64,000 nucleotides of DNA, taken from an uncultured Clostridia bacterium (GTDB lineage: Bacteria > Bacillota > Clostridia > TANB77 > CAG-508). The notes under the pieces were generated by a model. The model was not told the origin of the DNA. It saw only the letters and a list, made by a program, of their open reading frames with translations, and did not search any database. A program made the position numbers and the translations under genes. Below are positions 21,201 to 29,103 of the stretch, one piece after another. Within the stretch, counting starts at the first letter, position 1; each line of letters begins with the position of its first letter. Location of the stretch: the NCBI GenBank assembly GCA_944391745.1, contig CALXUS010000010.1, positions 339 to 64,338 of the forward strand, written 5' to 3'.

Positions 21201-22631
21201 TTATAGTTTTATTGCTTCACCTTTCAAATACCAAACATGTTGTGATGTTATTTTTAAAGGTATAATTTCTCCAATCATCTCATTGTTGCCTTCAAAATTA
21301 ACTACTTTATTAGTTTCAGTTCTACCAGTATATATTTCTTCATTTGTTTTACTTTTTCCTTCAACCAAAACTTTTTGTATTGTACCTACATATTTTTTAT
21401 TTCCTTCTTCAATTTCCTCTTCAGCTAATTTTTTTAATCTATTAAATCTTTCATGTTTTATTTTTTCATCTATTTGATTTTCCATTTTATCAGCTACTGT
21501 TCCTACTCTTCTTGAATAGATAAACATAAATATTTGCTCATATTTAACTTTTATAACTACATCTAATGTGTCTTCAAAGTCCTCTTCTGTTTCACCTGGA
21601 AAACCAACAATTATATCTGTTGAAAATTCTACATCAGGTATTTTACTTCTTATTTTTTCTACTAGACTTAAATATTGTTCTTTAGAATATTTTCTATTCA
21701 TATCTTTTAAAACTCTGGTGCTACCTGACTGAAGTGGTAAGTGTATTAGTTTACATACTTTATTTGATTCAGCAATAGCTTCAATTACATCATCAGTAAA
21801 GTCCTTGGGATGAGGTGAAATGAATCTAATTCTTTCAATTCCATCAATGGTATTAATAAGTTTCAATAATGTAGCAAAAGAGTTTACGGTAACTATTTTT
21901 CCATCTTCTTTTTTTACCTCGAAGTTAACATCTTTTCCATTGTTTTTTTCACTAACCATATAAGAGTTAACATTTTGGCCAAGTAAAGTAACTTCTTTAT
22001 ACCCTTGTTTAGATAAGCTTAAAACTTCATTATATATATCTTGTGGATTTCTGCTTCTTTCTCTTCCTCTTACATAAGGAACTATGCAATAAGTGCAAAA
22101 ATTGTTGCAACCATTCATTATTGCAACAGATGCTTTTATTTTATCATCTCTAACAATCGGCATTCCTTCTATAATATTGCCATCTATATCTAGTATGTCT
22201 TCTATTTTTTTATTTTCAACAATACTTTCATATAAATCTTTTGGAAAGTCTTGCATTGTATGTGGTCCAAAAACTATGTCTACAAATGGATAACTTTCTT
22301 TTAGCTTATTAACTATATGTTTTTCTTGCATCATGCAACCACCAATAGCTATTATTGTTCCATTTTGTTCTTTGTATTTTTTTACTTCTCCTAATTTTCC
22401 AAATAGTCTATCTTCAGCGTTTTCTCTAACACAACAAGTATTAAATACTATAACATTTGCTTTACTTAAATCTTCTGTTTTTTCATATCCAGATTCTTTA
22501 AGAATTCCAGCAATTTTTTCAGAGTCATTTTCATTTAGTTGACATCCCATTGTTAATACTGCATACTTTCCGTTTTTATTTATTTGTTTAATTTTATTTA
22601 TATAAGCATTTTCCATTCTTATTGTATCCAT
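21201..22631 (-). CDS. miaB: tRNA (N6-isopentenyl adenosine(37)-C2)-methylthiotransferase MiaB
   Basis: UPF0004 domain (TMGCQLNENDSE), radical SAM CNNFCTYCIVP and a TRAM domain. Start placed at ATG 22631 (GGAAGGAAG upstream). The track start is TTG. Confidence 0.9.
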   Translation of the reverse strand: MDTIRMENAYINKIKQINKNGKYAVLTMGCQLNENDSEKIAGILKESGYEKTEDLSKANVIVFNTCCVRENAEDRLFGKLGEVKKYKEQNGTIIAIGGCMMQEKHIVNKLKESYPFVDIVFGPHTMQDFPKDLYESIVENKKIEDILDIDGNIIEGMPIVRDDKIKASVAIMNGCNNFCTYCIVPYVRGRERSRNPQDIYNEVLSLSKQGYKEVTLLGQNVNSYMVSEKNNGKDVNFEVKKEDGKIVTVNSFATLLKLINTIDGIERIRFISPHPKDFTDDVIEAIAESNKVCKLIHLPLQSGSTRVLKDMNRKYSKEQYLSLVEKIRSKIPDVEFSTDIIVGFPGETEEDFEDTLDVVIKVKYEQIFMFIYSRRVGTVADKMENQIDEKIKHERFNRLKKLAEEEIEEGNKKYVGTIQKVLVEGKSKTNEEIYTGRTETNKVVNFEGNNEMIGEIIPLKITSQHVWYLKGEAIKL

Positions 22632-22724
22632 TATATGTCTTCCTTCCAATTTTTGTGTATTTTTATTTATTTTTATTTTTCGTTTTATAATTGATTTCTT
22701 GCTTTTTTAATGACTATATTTTAT

Positions 22725-22765
22725 CACAAAAATAAAAACTCTGCAACCGAAAAAGTTACAGAGTT
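22725..22765 (-). terminator. rpmE terminator
   Basis: Minus strand reads AACTCTG-(15 nt)-CAGAGTT followed by TTTTATTTTTGTG. Confidence 0.6.
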
Positions 22766-22789
22766 ATTACTAAATTTATATTTTTCATA

Positions 22790-22990
22790 TTAGTTTAATC
22801 CATATTTTTGTTTAAACTTAGCTGCTTTACCACCAGTAGTTTCTTTTCTTAAATTACCTGTCCAAAATGGGTGGCATTTTGAGCATACATCAACTTTTAA
22901 ATCTTTCTTTGTTGAATTTGTTTTCATAACATTTCCGCAAGCACAAGTGATTGTTGCTTCTTGGTATTCTGGGTGTATTCCTGCCTTCAT
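22790..22990 (-). CDS. rpmE: 50S ribosomal protein L31 (Cys-containing, zinc-ribbon form)
   Basis: MKAGIHPEYQEATITCACGN...CSKCHPFWTG. Confidence 0.95.
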   Translation of the reverse strand: MKAGIHPEYQEATITCACGNVMKTNSTKKDLKVDVCSKCHPFWTGNLRKETTGGKAAKFKQKYGLN

Positions 22991-23018
22991 TTAGTTCACC
23001 TCTTTCTTAAATTCTTAA

Positions 23019-23201
23019 TTAGTTAGCTTTTTTAGAAATAATTTCTACTCCATCGTAGTAACCACAACTTGGGCATACTCTATGTTGCATCATTAATTCG
23101 TGGCAATGTGGACATTCAACTAAATTTTTGTTTTCTAATTTCCATGTTGATCTTTTTGTATGAGTTCTAGCTTTTGACCATCTTCTTTTTGGTTGTGCCA
23201 T
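23019..23201 (-). CDS. rpmF: 50S ribosomal protein L32 (zinc-ribbon form)
   Basis: MAQPKRRWSKARTHTKR...VECPHCHE...HRVCPSCGYYDG. Confidence 0.9.
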   Translation of the reverse strand: MAQPKRRWSKARTHTKRSTWKLENKNLVECPHCHELMMQHRVCPSCGYYDGVEIISKKAN

Positions 23202-23264
23202 TTTTATCCCTCCCTTATGCTTTAATATCTATATTAAATTTCTCATTACTTAAGTCACTTATAT

Positions 23265-23293
23265 ATTATACAGACTTTATAATACTTTGTCAA
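23265..23293 (-). promoter_or_regulatory. consensus sigma-A promoter of the rpmF-rpmE unit
   Basis: Minus strand reads TTGACA (23293-23288), 17 nt, TATAAT (23270-23265). Both hexamers match the consensus exactly. Confidence 0.7.
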
Positions 23294-23302
23294 GTATTTT
23301 CT

Positions 23303-23339
23303 ATAAAAAAAGTTAGGGGCCGCCATTGCTGGCAGCCCC
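23303..23339 (-). terminator. G+C-rich terminator of the cell-wall hydrolase cassette
   Basis: Minus strand reads GGGGCTGCCA-gcaa-TGGCGGCCCC (one mismatch) followed by TAACTTTTTTTAT. Confidence 0.75.
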
Positions 23340-23364
23340 CAACCGGAAGTCCAAATTATTGATA

Positions 23365-24135
23365 TCAATTCCATGCTACATGGAATGTTATCCCATCAAC
23401 TTCAACTTTGTCGCTTATCCCCCATCTAGCTTCGGCTTCGTATTCACTCAGCCCAGCACTCGCATAGAAGAATAAGGGTTCTTGACCCAACGTATTTGCA
23501 ATTTGTCCACCACCCTCCTGGATAGCTTTTAATACCGCACTTTCGCAGTCTTTTGCTGATTCAGGAGTTACTTCTTCATAAATGGTTTGACCTTTATCAT
23601 CTGTGTAGATGATGTAAATCTTTCCATCTATTGCCGGGGTAAATTGCCCGGGCTGAAAAATTACATCGTAGATTGACATATTGTATGCGCTTGCTCTTGC
23701 AAGCACAGTGGCGGCTACACCCTGCTTAGCAGTCTCTCCACATATCCCGGCCTCTGCTTTTGTAATCATTTCAAGCCAGGTTATGTCTTCATCGGAGATA
23801 TTGCTATACATTGGTGTATCAGAGGTTTCGGGTTTTGCTTGTTCTGTTTCAGTAATTTCAACTGTTTGAGTTGCCTCCACCTGATTCTGTTTAGCAGTCT
23901 CTTCTTTCTGAGTAGCGGTTATTTCCGCAACGTCAGTAATTTTAACGGTGACTATTGATGGAGATGGTACTTCAATTTCCGCATGTGGCATGCTAACCAC
24001 TTGATTATCATCCTTGAGTTTGTCTTCCGGAATACAAGCCTTTATAAATTGGCTTATGCACCAAATAAGACAGACAAAGCATGCAATGATAATTCCCAAG
24101 TAGATAGTGTTAGTGTTTTGTTTTTGCTTCCGCAT
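23365..24135 (-). CDS. cell wall hydrolase (SleB/Hydrolase_2-like domain) with N-terminal TM anchor and T/E/Q-rich linker
   Basis: C-terminal ITKAEAGICGETAKQGVAATVLARA...VIFQPGQFTP resembles the Hydrolase_2 core. ATG 24135 with AAAGGAAG Shine-Dalgarno. A 60-nt sample (23461-23520) is 28/60 G+C. Confidence 0.7.
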   Translation of the reverse strand: MRKQKQNTNTIYLGIIIACFVCLIWCISQFIKACIPEDKLKDDNQVVSMPHAEIEVPSPSIVTVKITDVAEITATQKEETAKQNQVEATQTVEITETEQAKPETSDTPMYSNISDEDITWLEMITKAEAGICGETAKQGVAATVLARASAYNMSIYDVIFQPGQFTPAIDGKIYIIYTDDKGQTIYEEVTPESAKDCESAVLKAIQEGGGQIANTLGQEPLFFYASAGLSEYEAEARWGISDKVEVDGITFHVAWN

Positions 24136-24170
24136 CAAAGATAACTTCCTTTCTATTGAGTATTATGTTA

Positions 24171-24199
24171 ATTATAGCACTTTTTATTTATTTTTTCAA
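24171..24199 (-). promoter_or_regulatory. near-consensus promoter of the hydrolase cassette
   Basis: Minus strand reads TTGAAA (24199-24194), 17 nt, TATAAT (24176-24171), with TGC immediately upstream of the -10 element. Confidence 0.6.
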
Positions 24200-24209
24200 A
24201 TTTATATAT

Positions 24210-24872
24210 TTATTTACTCATATTCCATCTATAATGACCAGTAATATTATTTTTATATCTTTCTAGTACATCCTCTTCTCTTACTGGTTGAGCAGTATTA
24301 TGTATAAGGTATGGAATCTTATTTTTATTTCTCCTATCTGATATGATTCCTATATGTGATTCATCAAATATAACCACATCTCCTGGTTGCCACTCTTCTA
24401 CTTCTTCAATATTTGTAGTTAGTTTTTGAGCATTTCTATCAAAAAATACTTTTAAATTATATACTCTTCTAAAATCTATATTTGGATCAGGTGTTGTAAT
24501 ATTTTTGTATTCACTTAAATTATTTTTTATATCTTCATCTACTAAATCTTTCAATAAATATCCTGCATTTTTAAATGCCCTCCATACCAAATCGGTACAA
24601 ACCCCTTCGTTATCTGGTGGGTATCCTCCAGCATAATATGCGCTTCTATAGGTTGGCATATTTTCAGCATCTTGTCTTGCTCCAAGCATAATATCGGTAT
24701 AATCATCTATCCCATCATGATCATAGTCAACACTGCTTTTTATTGTCTCTATTCCAAAGTCTTCTGCAGTATAAAACTTTTTTGGTATTAAATTAAAATA
24801 ATTAGATATTAGTAATAGAATTAATAATATTACGATTATAAAACATATAATAAATATTAGTTTTTTTCTCAT
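24210..24872 (-). CDS. DUF1287 domain-containing protein
   Basis: N-terminal TM helix. GVCTDLVWRAFKNAGYLL and GDVVIFD..HIGII motifs are typical of DUF1287. Start placed at ATG 24872 (AAGGTG 6 nt upstream). Native-like G+C (16/60 at 24301-24360). Confidence 0.7.
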   Translation of the reverse strand: MRKKLIFIICFIIVILLILLLISNYFNLIPKKFYTAEDFGIETIKSSVDYDHDGIDDYTDIMLGARQDAENMPTYRSAYYAGGYPPDNEGVCTDLVWRAFKNAGYLLKDLVDEDIKNNLSEYKNITTPDPNIDFRRVYNLKVFFDRNAQKLTTNIEEVEEWQPGDVVIFDESHIGIISDRRNKNKIPYLIHNTAQPVREEDVLERYKNNITGHYRWNMSK

Positions 24873-24970
24873 AAACATCACCTTTAGATTAATATACTAT
24901 TTTACATGAATCATATCATAGTAATTATTAATTATCAATTATTTTTCCATACTTACTAAATAAGTCAAAT

Positions 24971-24999
24971 TTGCTTAATTTTAGAAAATATGATATAAT
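24971..24999 (+). promoter_or_regulatory. candidate promoter of the 25122..25952 cassette
   Basis: TTGCTT (24971-24976), 17 nt, TGA-TATAAT (24991-24999). This would leave a leader of about 115 nt. Confidence 0.5.
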
Positions 25000-25121
25000 A
25001 AGAATTAGACTAAGCGTTTATTCGCTTATTAACATAAATTTGTTTCCTTTTTAACCTAGTCTTTTCAGGCTAGTTTACATATTGTACGTTTTCAACTCAT
25101 GTCAAAAGTTTGGAGGAAACT

Positions 25122-25952
25122 ATGAAAAAAATGTTTTCAATCGTTCTAAGCATGGTGCTTATGGTTACCTGCTTTAGTACACAAGTTTACGCAACCTCTG
25201 GAGTTGATAAAGCTCCTGATGAAACTCTAGTTTCAACACTTGACGGTGAGGATCCACAAGATGTCATCATCGGTCTTGGTCTTTTAACACAAATGGATTC
25301 TTGGGATGAAGTTCAAGATTTATTGGACTTTTTCAAAGGAGTGGACGTGAGCAATGAAGACCAAGTAACAATGATTTTCATGGATACTCTAAATGAACCC
25401 AATACGATTAGTGTTTACCATGACGAGCCTTACATCAAAATGAGCTATGGTGGTACTACACTAGATTCGATTAACCTTGAAAGGTTAAAGAATAAGTTTG
25501 ATGTGTTATGTTCAATTTATAATAATTCTCAAGATGAGCTGACCGTCGAGTATACTATTCAGAATTACTCTGAAAACATCTTGTCGATGGACATATATTC
25601 CACAAATTTGGAGTATCTTGACAATCCAGCGACAAAAATTGGTCAGAAGGTGTATTTGAAGCCTGACACATATTATTATGAATCAGCCAAAAATGACGGT
25701 TCGGGAAAATACGGAATTGCTAATTCCGGGAATCAATATATTCCGGAAGACATGATGGTATACGTTAATGGGGTCGCCTATCTAGACGATTCTCGGACTA
25801 ATATCATCGAAAGCGAGTATATTCCTTATGAAAATCTTGCTGATTCCAATATCAGTATAGAACCTCACGAACGTCGTATGGTTCACATCTGCACTCCTAA
25901 TGTTGATTTAGGATGGGTTTACGCGGAATGTGTGCACACCCTTGAAAAATGA
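25122..25952 (+). CDS. secreted hypothetical protein (276 aa)
   Basis: GGAGG Shine-Dalgarno 5 nt before ATG 25122. Signal peptide MKKMFSIVLSMVLMVTCFSTQVYA. No family recognised. G+C is elevated (26/60 at 25201-25260). Confidence 0.7.
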   Translation: MKKMFSIVLSMVLMVTCFSTQVYATSGVDKAPDETLVSTLDGEDPQDVIIGLGLLTQMDSWDEVQDLLDFFKGVDVSNEDQVTMIFMDTLNEPNTISVYHDEPYIKMSYGGTTLDSINLERLKNKFDVLCSIYNNSQDELTVEYTIQNYSENILSMDIYSTNLEYLDNPATKIGQKVYLKPDTYYYESAKNDGSGKYGIANSGNQYIPEDMMVYVNGVAYLDDSRTNIIESEYIPYENLADSNISIEPHERRMVHICTPNVDLGWVYAECVHTLEK

Positions 25953-25963
25953 TTGAAAAATAA

Positions 25964-26010
25964 TCCCAAATGGACGTGGCAATGCCACGTCCATTTGGGA
26001 TTTATAATTT
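25964..26010 (+). terminator. G+C-rich terminator of the 25122..25952 gene
   Basis: TCCCAAATGGACGTGGC-aat-GCCACGTCCATTTGGGA is a perfect 17-bp stem followed by TTTATAATTT. Confidence 0.8.
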
Positions 26011-26034
26011 ATCCTTTTTGTAATTTATATATAA

Positions 26035-26077
26035 TAAAAAACAACTTATAAAACTAAAAGTTAATAAGTTGTTTTTT
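26035..26077. terminator. bidirectional terminator (end of the tRNA operon)
   Basis: AACAACTTAT / ATAAGTTGTT is a 10-bp stem with an A-run on one side and a T-run on the other. It lies immediately downstream of tRNA-Phe on the minus strand. Confidence 0.6.
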
Positions 26078-26080
26078 ATT

Positions 26081-26156
26081 TGGTGCCTCGAAGTGGAATC
26101 GAACCACTGACACAGGGATTTTCAGTCCCTTGCTCTACCGACTGAGCTATCGAGGC
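26081..26156 (-). tRNA. tRNA-Phe (GAA)
   Basis: Minus strand: GCCTCGATAGCTCAGTCGGTAGAGCAAGGGACTGAAAATCCCTGTGTCAGTGGTTCGATTCCACTTCGAGGCACCA. Cloverleaf folds, anticodon loop CTGAAAA, CCA encoded. Confidence 0.93.
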
Positions 26157-26214
26157 ATTAAAATCGTTTATATAATATTAAATAGTAAAAACCTAAGTTT
26201 TTACTATTATAATA

Positions 26215-26291
26215 TGGCGACCCGAAACGGGCTCGAACCGTCGACCTCTAGCGTGACAGGCTAGCGTTCTAACCAACTGAACTACCGGGCC
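26215..26291 (-). tRNA. tRNA-Asp (GTC)
   Basis: Minus strand: GGCCCGGTAGTTCAGTTGGTTAGAACGCTAGCCTGTCACGCTAGAGGTCGACGGTTCGAGCCCGTTTCGGGTCGCCA. Anticodon loop CTGTCAC, G73 discriminator, CCA encoded. Confidence 0.9.
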
Positions 26292-26301
26292 ATATAAAAG
26301 G

Positions 26302-26377
26302 TGGTGGTCGCTATAGGGCTCGAACCTATGACCCTCTGCTTGTAAGGCAGATGCTCTCCCAGCTGAGCTAAGCGACC
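26302..26377 (-). tRNA. tRNA-Val (TAC)
   Basis: Minus strand: GGTCGCTTAGCTCAGCTGGGAGAGCATCTGCCTTACAAGCAGAGGGTCATAGGTTCGAGCCCTATAGCGACCACCA. Anticodon loop CTTACAA, CCA encoded. Confidence 0.93.
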
Positions 26378-26395
26378 ATGTCTTTCGACTTTCTT

Positions 26396-26424
26396 AGTAT
26401 ACTAGATTTTTTATAAAAAGTCAA
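26396..26424 (-). promoter_or_regulatory. promoter of the tRNA Val-Asp-Phe operon
   Basis: Minus strand reads TTGACT (26424-26419), 17 nt, TATACT (26401-26396), about 18 nt upstream of tRNA-Val. Confidence 0.6.
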
Positions 26425-26509
26425 CACTTTTTTTCAATTTTTTTATAAAATTTATATTAAAGTCATGCATTCTTTGGTATTACTGAATTGTAGCTGTTGT
26501 TCAAAATTA

Positions 26510-26547
26510 TGATTAAAAGAAAAGTACTCGTACTTTTCTTTTAATCA
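26510..26547 (-). terminator. hairpin downstream of the S41 peptidase gene
   Basis: TGATTAAAAGAAAAGTAC-tc-GTACTTTTCTTTTAATCA is a perfect 18-bp palindrome. The trailing U-tract is only moderate. Confidence 0.5.
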
Positions 26548-26558
26548 TATTAATTATG

Positions 26559-27770
26559 TTATTTTAGTTCTTCAATAGCTCTTTTTAACTGAGTATCTTT
26601 TTCTAAATCCAAAGTTCCTGTATATATATAATCATCTATTTTTATATCTGGTTCTATTCCAATTTTGTTGATTTTATTATGATTTGGTGTAAAGTATTCA
26701 TTAGTTGTTAATTTTAAACCACTTCCATCTGTAAATTTATATAATGCTTGAATTACACCTTTACCATAAGTCGTATTACCTATTAATGTTACATTTTCGA
26801 CATCTTCTTTAAGTATACCTGCTAATATTTCTGACGCACTTGCTGAATATTCATTTACTAGTAAAACTATTGGCATATCTATTTTTTTATCTTTTTCAGA
26901 TTTTATTACTTCTTCTTCTCCATTTTTATTTGATTCTATTAATAATGTTTGCCCCTTGTCTGTCATTAGCTCTGCAATTGCTAATGATTCATCCACTATA
27001 CCTCCGCCATTGTTTCTAATATCTATTATTAATGATGTTATTCCTTGAGATTCTAAGTTGTCAAATGCATTTTCAAATTCTTCTGATACATTTCCTTCAA
27101 AACTTGATATATTAATATATCCTATATCATTTTCTAAAATTTGTGAAGTAACATGCTCAACAGCAACCTTTTTACGTTCTATTTCAAAATTAAGTTCTTC
27201 ACCATTTCTTAATATTCCTATTGAAACTTTAGTTCCTTCTTTTCCTTTAATATCATTTGTGATTGTATCATAATTATCTCCATTACATTCAACACCATCA
27301 ACACTAGTAATTATATCTCCTGTTTTTAGACCTGCTTCTTGTGCAGGAGAGTTTTGAATTGTACCATATACTACAATTAAATTATTTTCTGTGTCTTTCG
27401 TTATATAAACACCTATTCCGACAAATTCACCTTCAATATCTTCTGAAAAGCTTGACATTTCATCTTCTGTTAGATATTCGCTATATACATCATTTAGTCC
27501 TGATACATATCCTTTTATGGCTCCATCAATTAATGAATTTTCATCTATGTCTCCAATGTATTCTTGATCAATTTTACCTTTTATCAATGATAGCTTTGCT
27601 GCCAAACTACTTGATTTAACAGCATCACCTATTGCACTTTCTGTTGATTTTAAAGATGCCCTTCCGTAAATCCATACTGTAGTTATTACTGATGTTATAA
27701 TTGCAGTTGCAATTATTGTCATAATAGTTTTATAAATTGAAATCTTTGTATTTTTATTTTTTTGATTCAT
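26559..27770 (-). CDS. S41 family C-terminal processing peptidase
   Basis: 403 aa. N-terminal TM helix, PDZ domain (GLKTGDIITSVDG), catalytic region SASASEILAG...TYGKG. Confidence 0.85.
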   Translation of the reverse strand: MNQKNKNTKISIYKTIMTIIATAIITSVITTVWIYGRASLKSTESAIGDAVKSSSLAAKLSLIKGKIDQEYIGDIDENSLIDGAIKGYVSGLNDVYSEYLTEDEMSSFSEDIEGEFVGIGVYITKDTENNLIVVYGTIQNSPAQEAGLKTGDIITSVDGVECNGDNYDTITNDIKGKEGTKVSIGILRNGEELNFEIERKKVAVEHVTSQILENDIGYINISSFEGNVSEEFENAFDNLESQGITSLIIDIRNNGGGIVDESLAIAELMTDKGQTLLIESNKNGEEEVIKSEKDKKIDMPIVLLVNEYSASASEILAGILKEDVENVTLIGNTTYGKGVIQALYKFTDGSGLKLTTNEYFTPNHNKINKIGIEPDIKIDDYIYTGTLDLEKDTQLKRAIEELK

Positions 27771-27832
27771 ATAAGCCCTTCTTTCATTTTTACATAAATT
27801 AGCAGTTGCTATATTTTATAACAACTTGCTTT

Positions 27833-29071
27833 TTAATTTGATGATAAATAGTTTTTTGGATCTACATCAGTTCCATTTTCTCTTACTTCAAAATGTACAT
27901 GAGGACCAGTAGAATTGCCCGTAGAACCTACTTCCATTATTATGTCTCCTTGCTTTACTGTATCTCCTACATTTTTTAATAATTTACTTCCATGCGCATA
28001 TAAGGTTACAATTTTTACCCCTTCACTGTTTAATCCATGATCTATCATTACCATATTTCCATAACCACCGGTATTAAATTGTGAATATATAATTATTCCA
28101 TCTGCTGCTGCATATACAGGATCTCCAGTCGATCCGCCTATATCTATACCATCGTGATTTTTTACGACACCTTGTATAGGGTGTAATCTTGATCCATAAG
28201 GTGATGTAATATATGAACTTTCTAATGTAGGCCATATCATTACTCCACCTGAATATTTTAATTCATAAGTAGAGCCACTTATTGTATATTGAATTAAATT
28301 TTCTAATTCTTGCTGTTGTTTTTTATAAGTTTCTATTTGCGAATTTAGTTGTTTTTCACTTTCAGACAAACTATTTTTATGATTTTCATATACTGTCTTT
28401 GTATTTGCCAATACAACGGTTTGCTTTTCCGCTTCTACTTTTGCTAATTTCATTTCAGCTTTATCTGATTCTAATTGATTGTTGATTTTTTCAAGCTCTA
28501 GTTTCTTTTCTTCTAATTCCTTTATTGTTTTCGAATCATATTCTGTTATTCTTTGAACTACAAAATATTTAGAAACAAAGTCTATAATACTTCTCGAATT
28601 CATTAAAACATCTAGATATTTTGTTTCACCATTTTTGTATATTGCAACTAATCTCTTTTTTAATAAATCCATTTTTTTATCATAATCATCTTGTGCAATT
28701 TTAAGTTGTTTTTCAGATTCTTCTACTTTTTTTTGAAGTTCTTGATATTTGGTATTTACCTCATTTAATGTATTTTGATATTCATTTATTTTGTCATCCA
28801 TCTGTTGAAGTTCTATTATAGAATCACTTAATTCTTCTTGTACATAAGTTAGCTGTTCTTGAGCTTTTTGTAATTCTTGTTCTACTTGTTCTTTTTGTTC
28901 ACTTAAAGATAAAGTATTAACTGTATTATTAGTTTCATTTTGTAGAGCATTATTTTCTTGCATTTCATTATTAGCAATATTATCTTCTGCTTTAACAAAA
29001 TAAAGGCAAGAAGATAATATAAGAGTAGTTATAATTAGCACTGATATTGTTGAAACTATCTTATTTTTCAT
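27833..29071 (-). CDS. M23 family metallopeptidase with long N-terminal coiled coil
   Basis: 412 aa. Signal/TM segment, about 230 aa of heptad-rich Q/E/K sequence, then a LytM domain with intact HDGIDIG (HxxxD) and GPHVHFEV (HxH). Confidence 0.85.
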   Translation of the reverse strand: MKNKIVSTISVLIITTLILSSCLYFVKAEDNIANNEMQENNALQNETNNTVNTLSLSEQKEQVEQELQKAQEQLTYVQEELSDSIIELQQMDDKINEYQNTLNEVNTKYQELQKKVEESEKQLKIAQDDYDKKMDLLKKRLVAIYKNGETKYLDVLMNSRSIIDFVSKYFVVQRITEYDSKTIKELEEKKLELEKINNQLESDKAEMKLAKVEAEKQTVVLANTKTVYENHKNSLSESEKQLNSQIETYKKQQQELENLIQYTISGSTYELKYSGGVMIWPTLESSYITSPYGSRLHPIQGVVKNHDGIDIGGSTGDPVYAAADGIIIYSQFNTGGYGNMVMIDHGLNSEGVKIVTLYAHGSKLLKNVGDTVKQGDIIMEVGSTGNSTGPHVHFEVRENGTDVDPKNYLSSN

Positions 29072-29103
29072 TAATCTTTTTGCCTCCTAATTTTTTTATT
29101 TTA

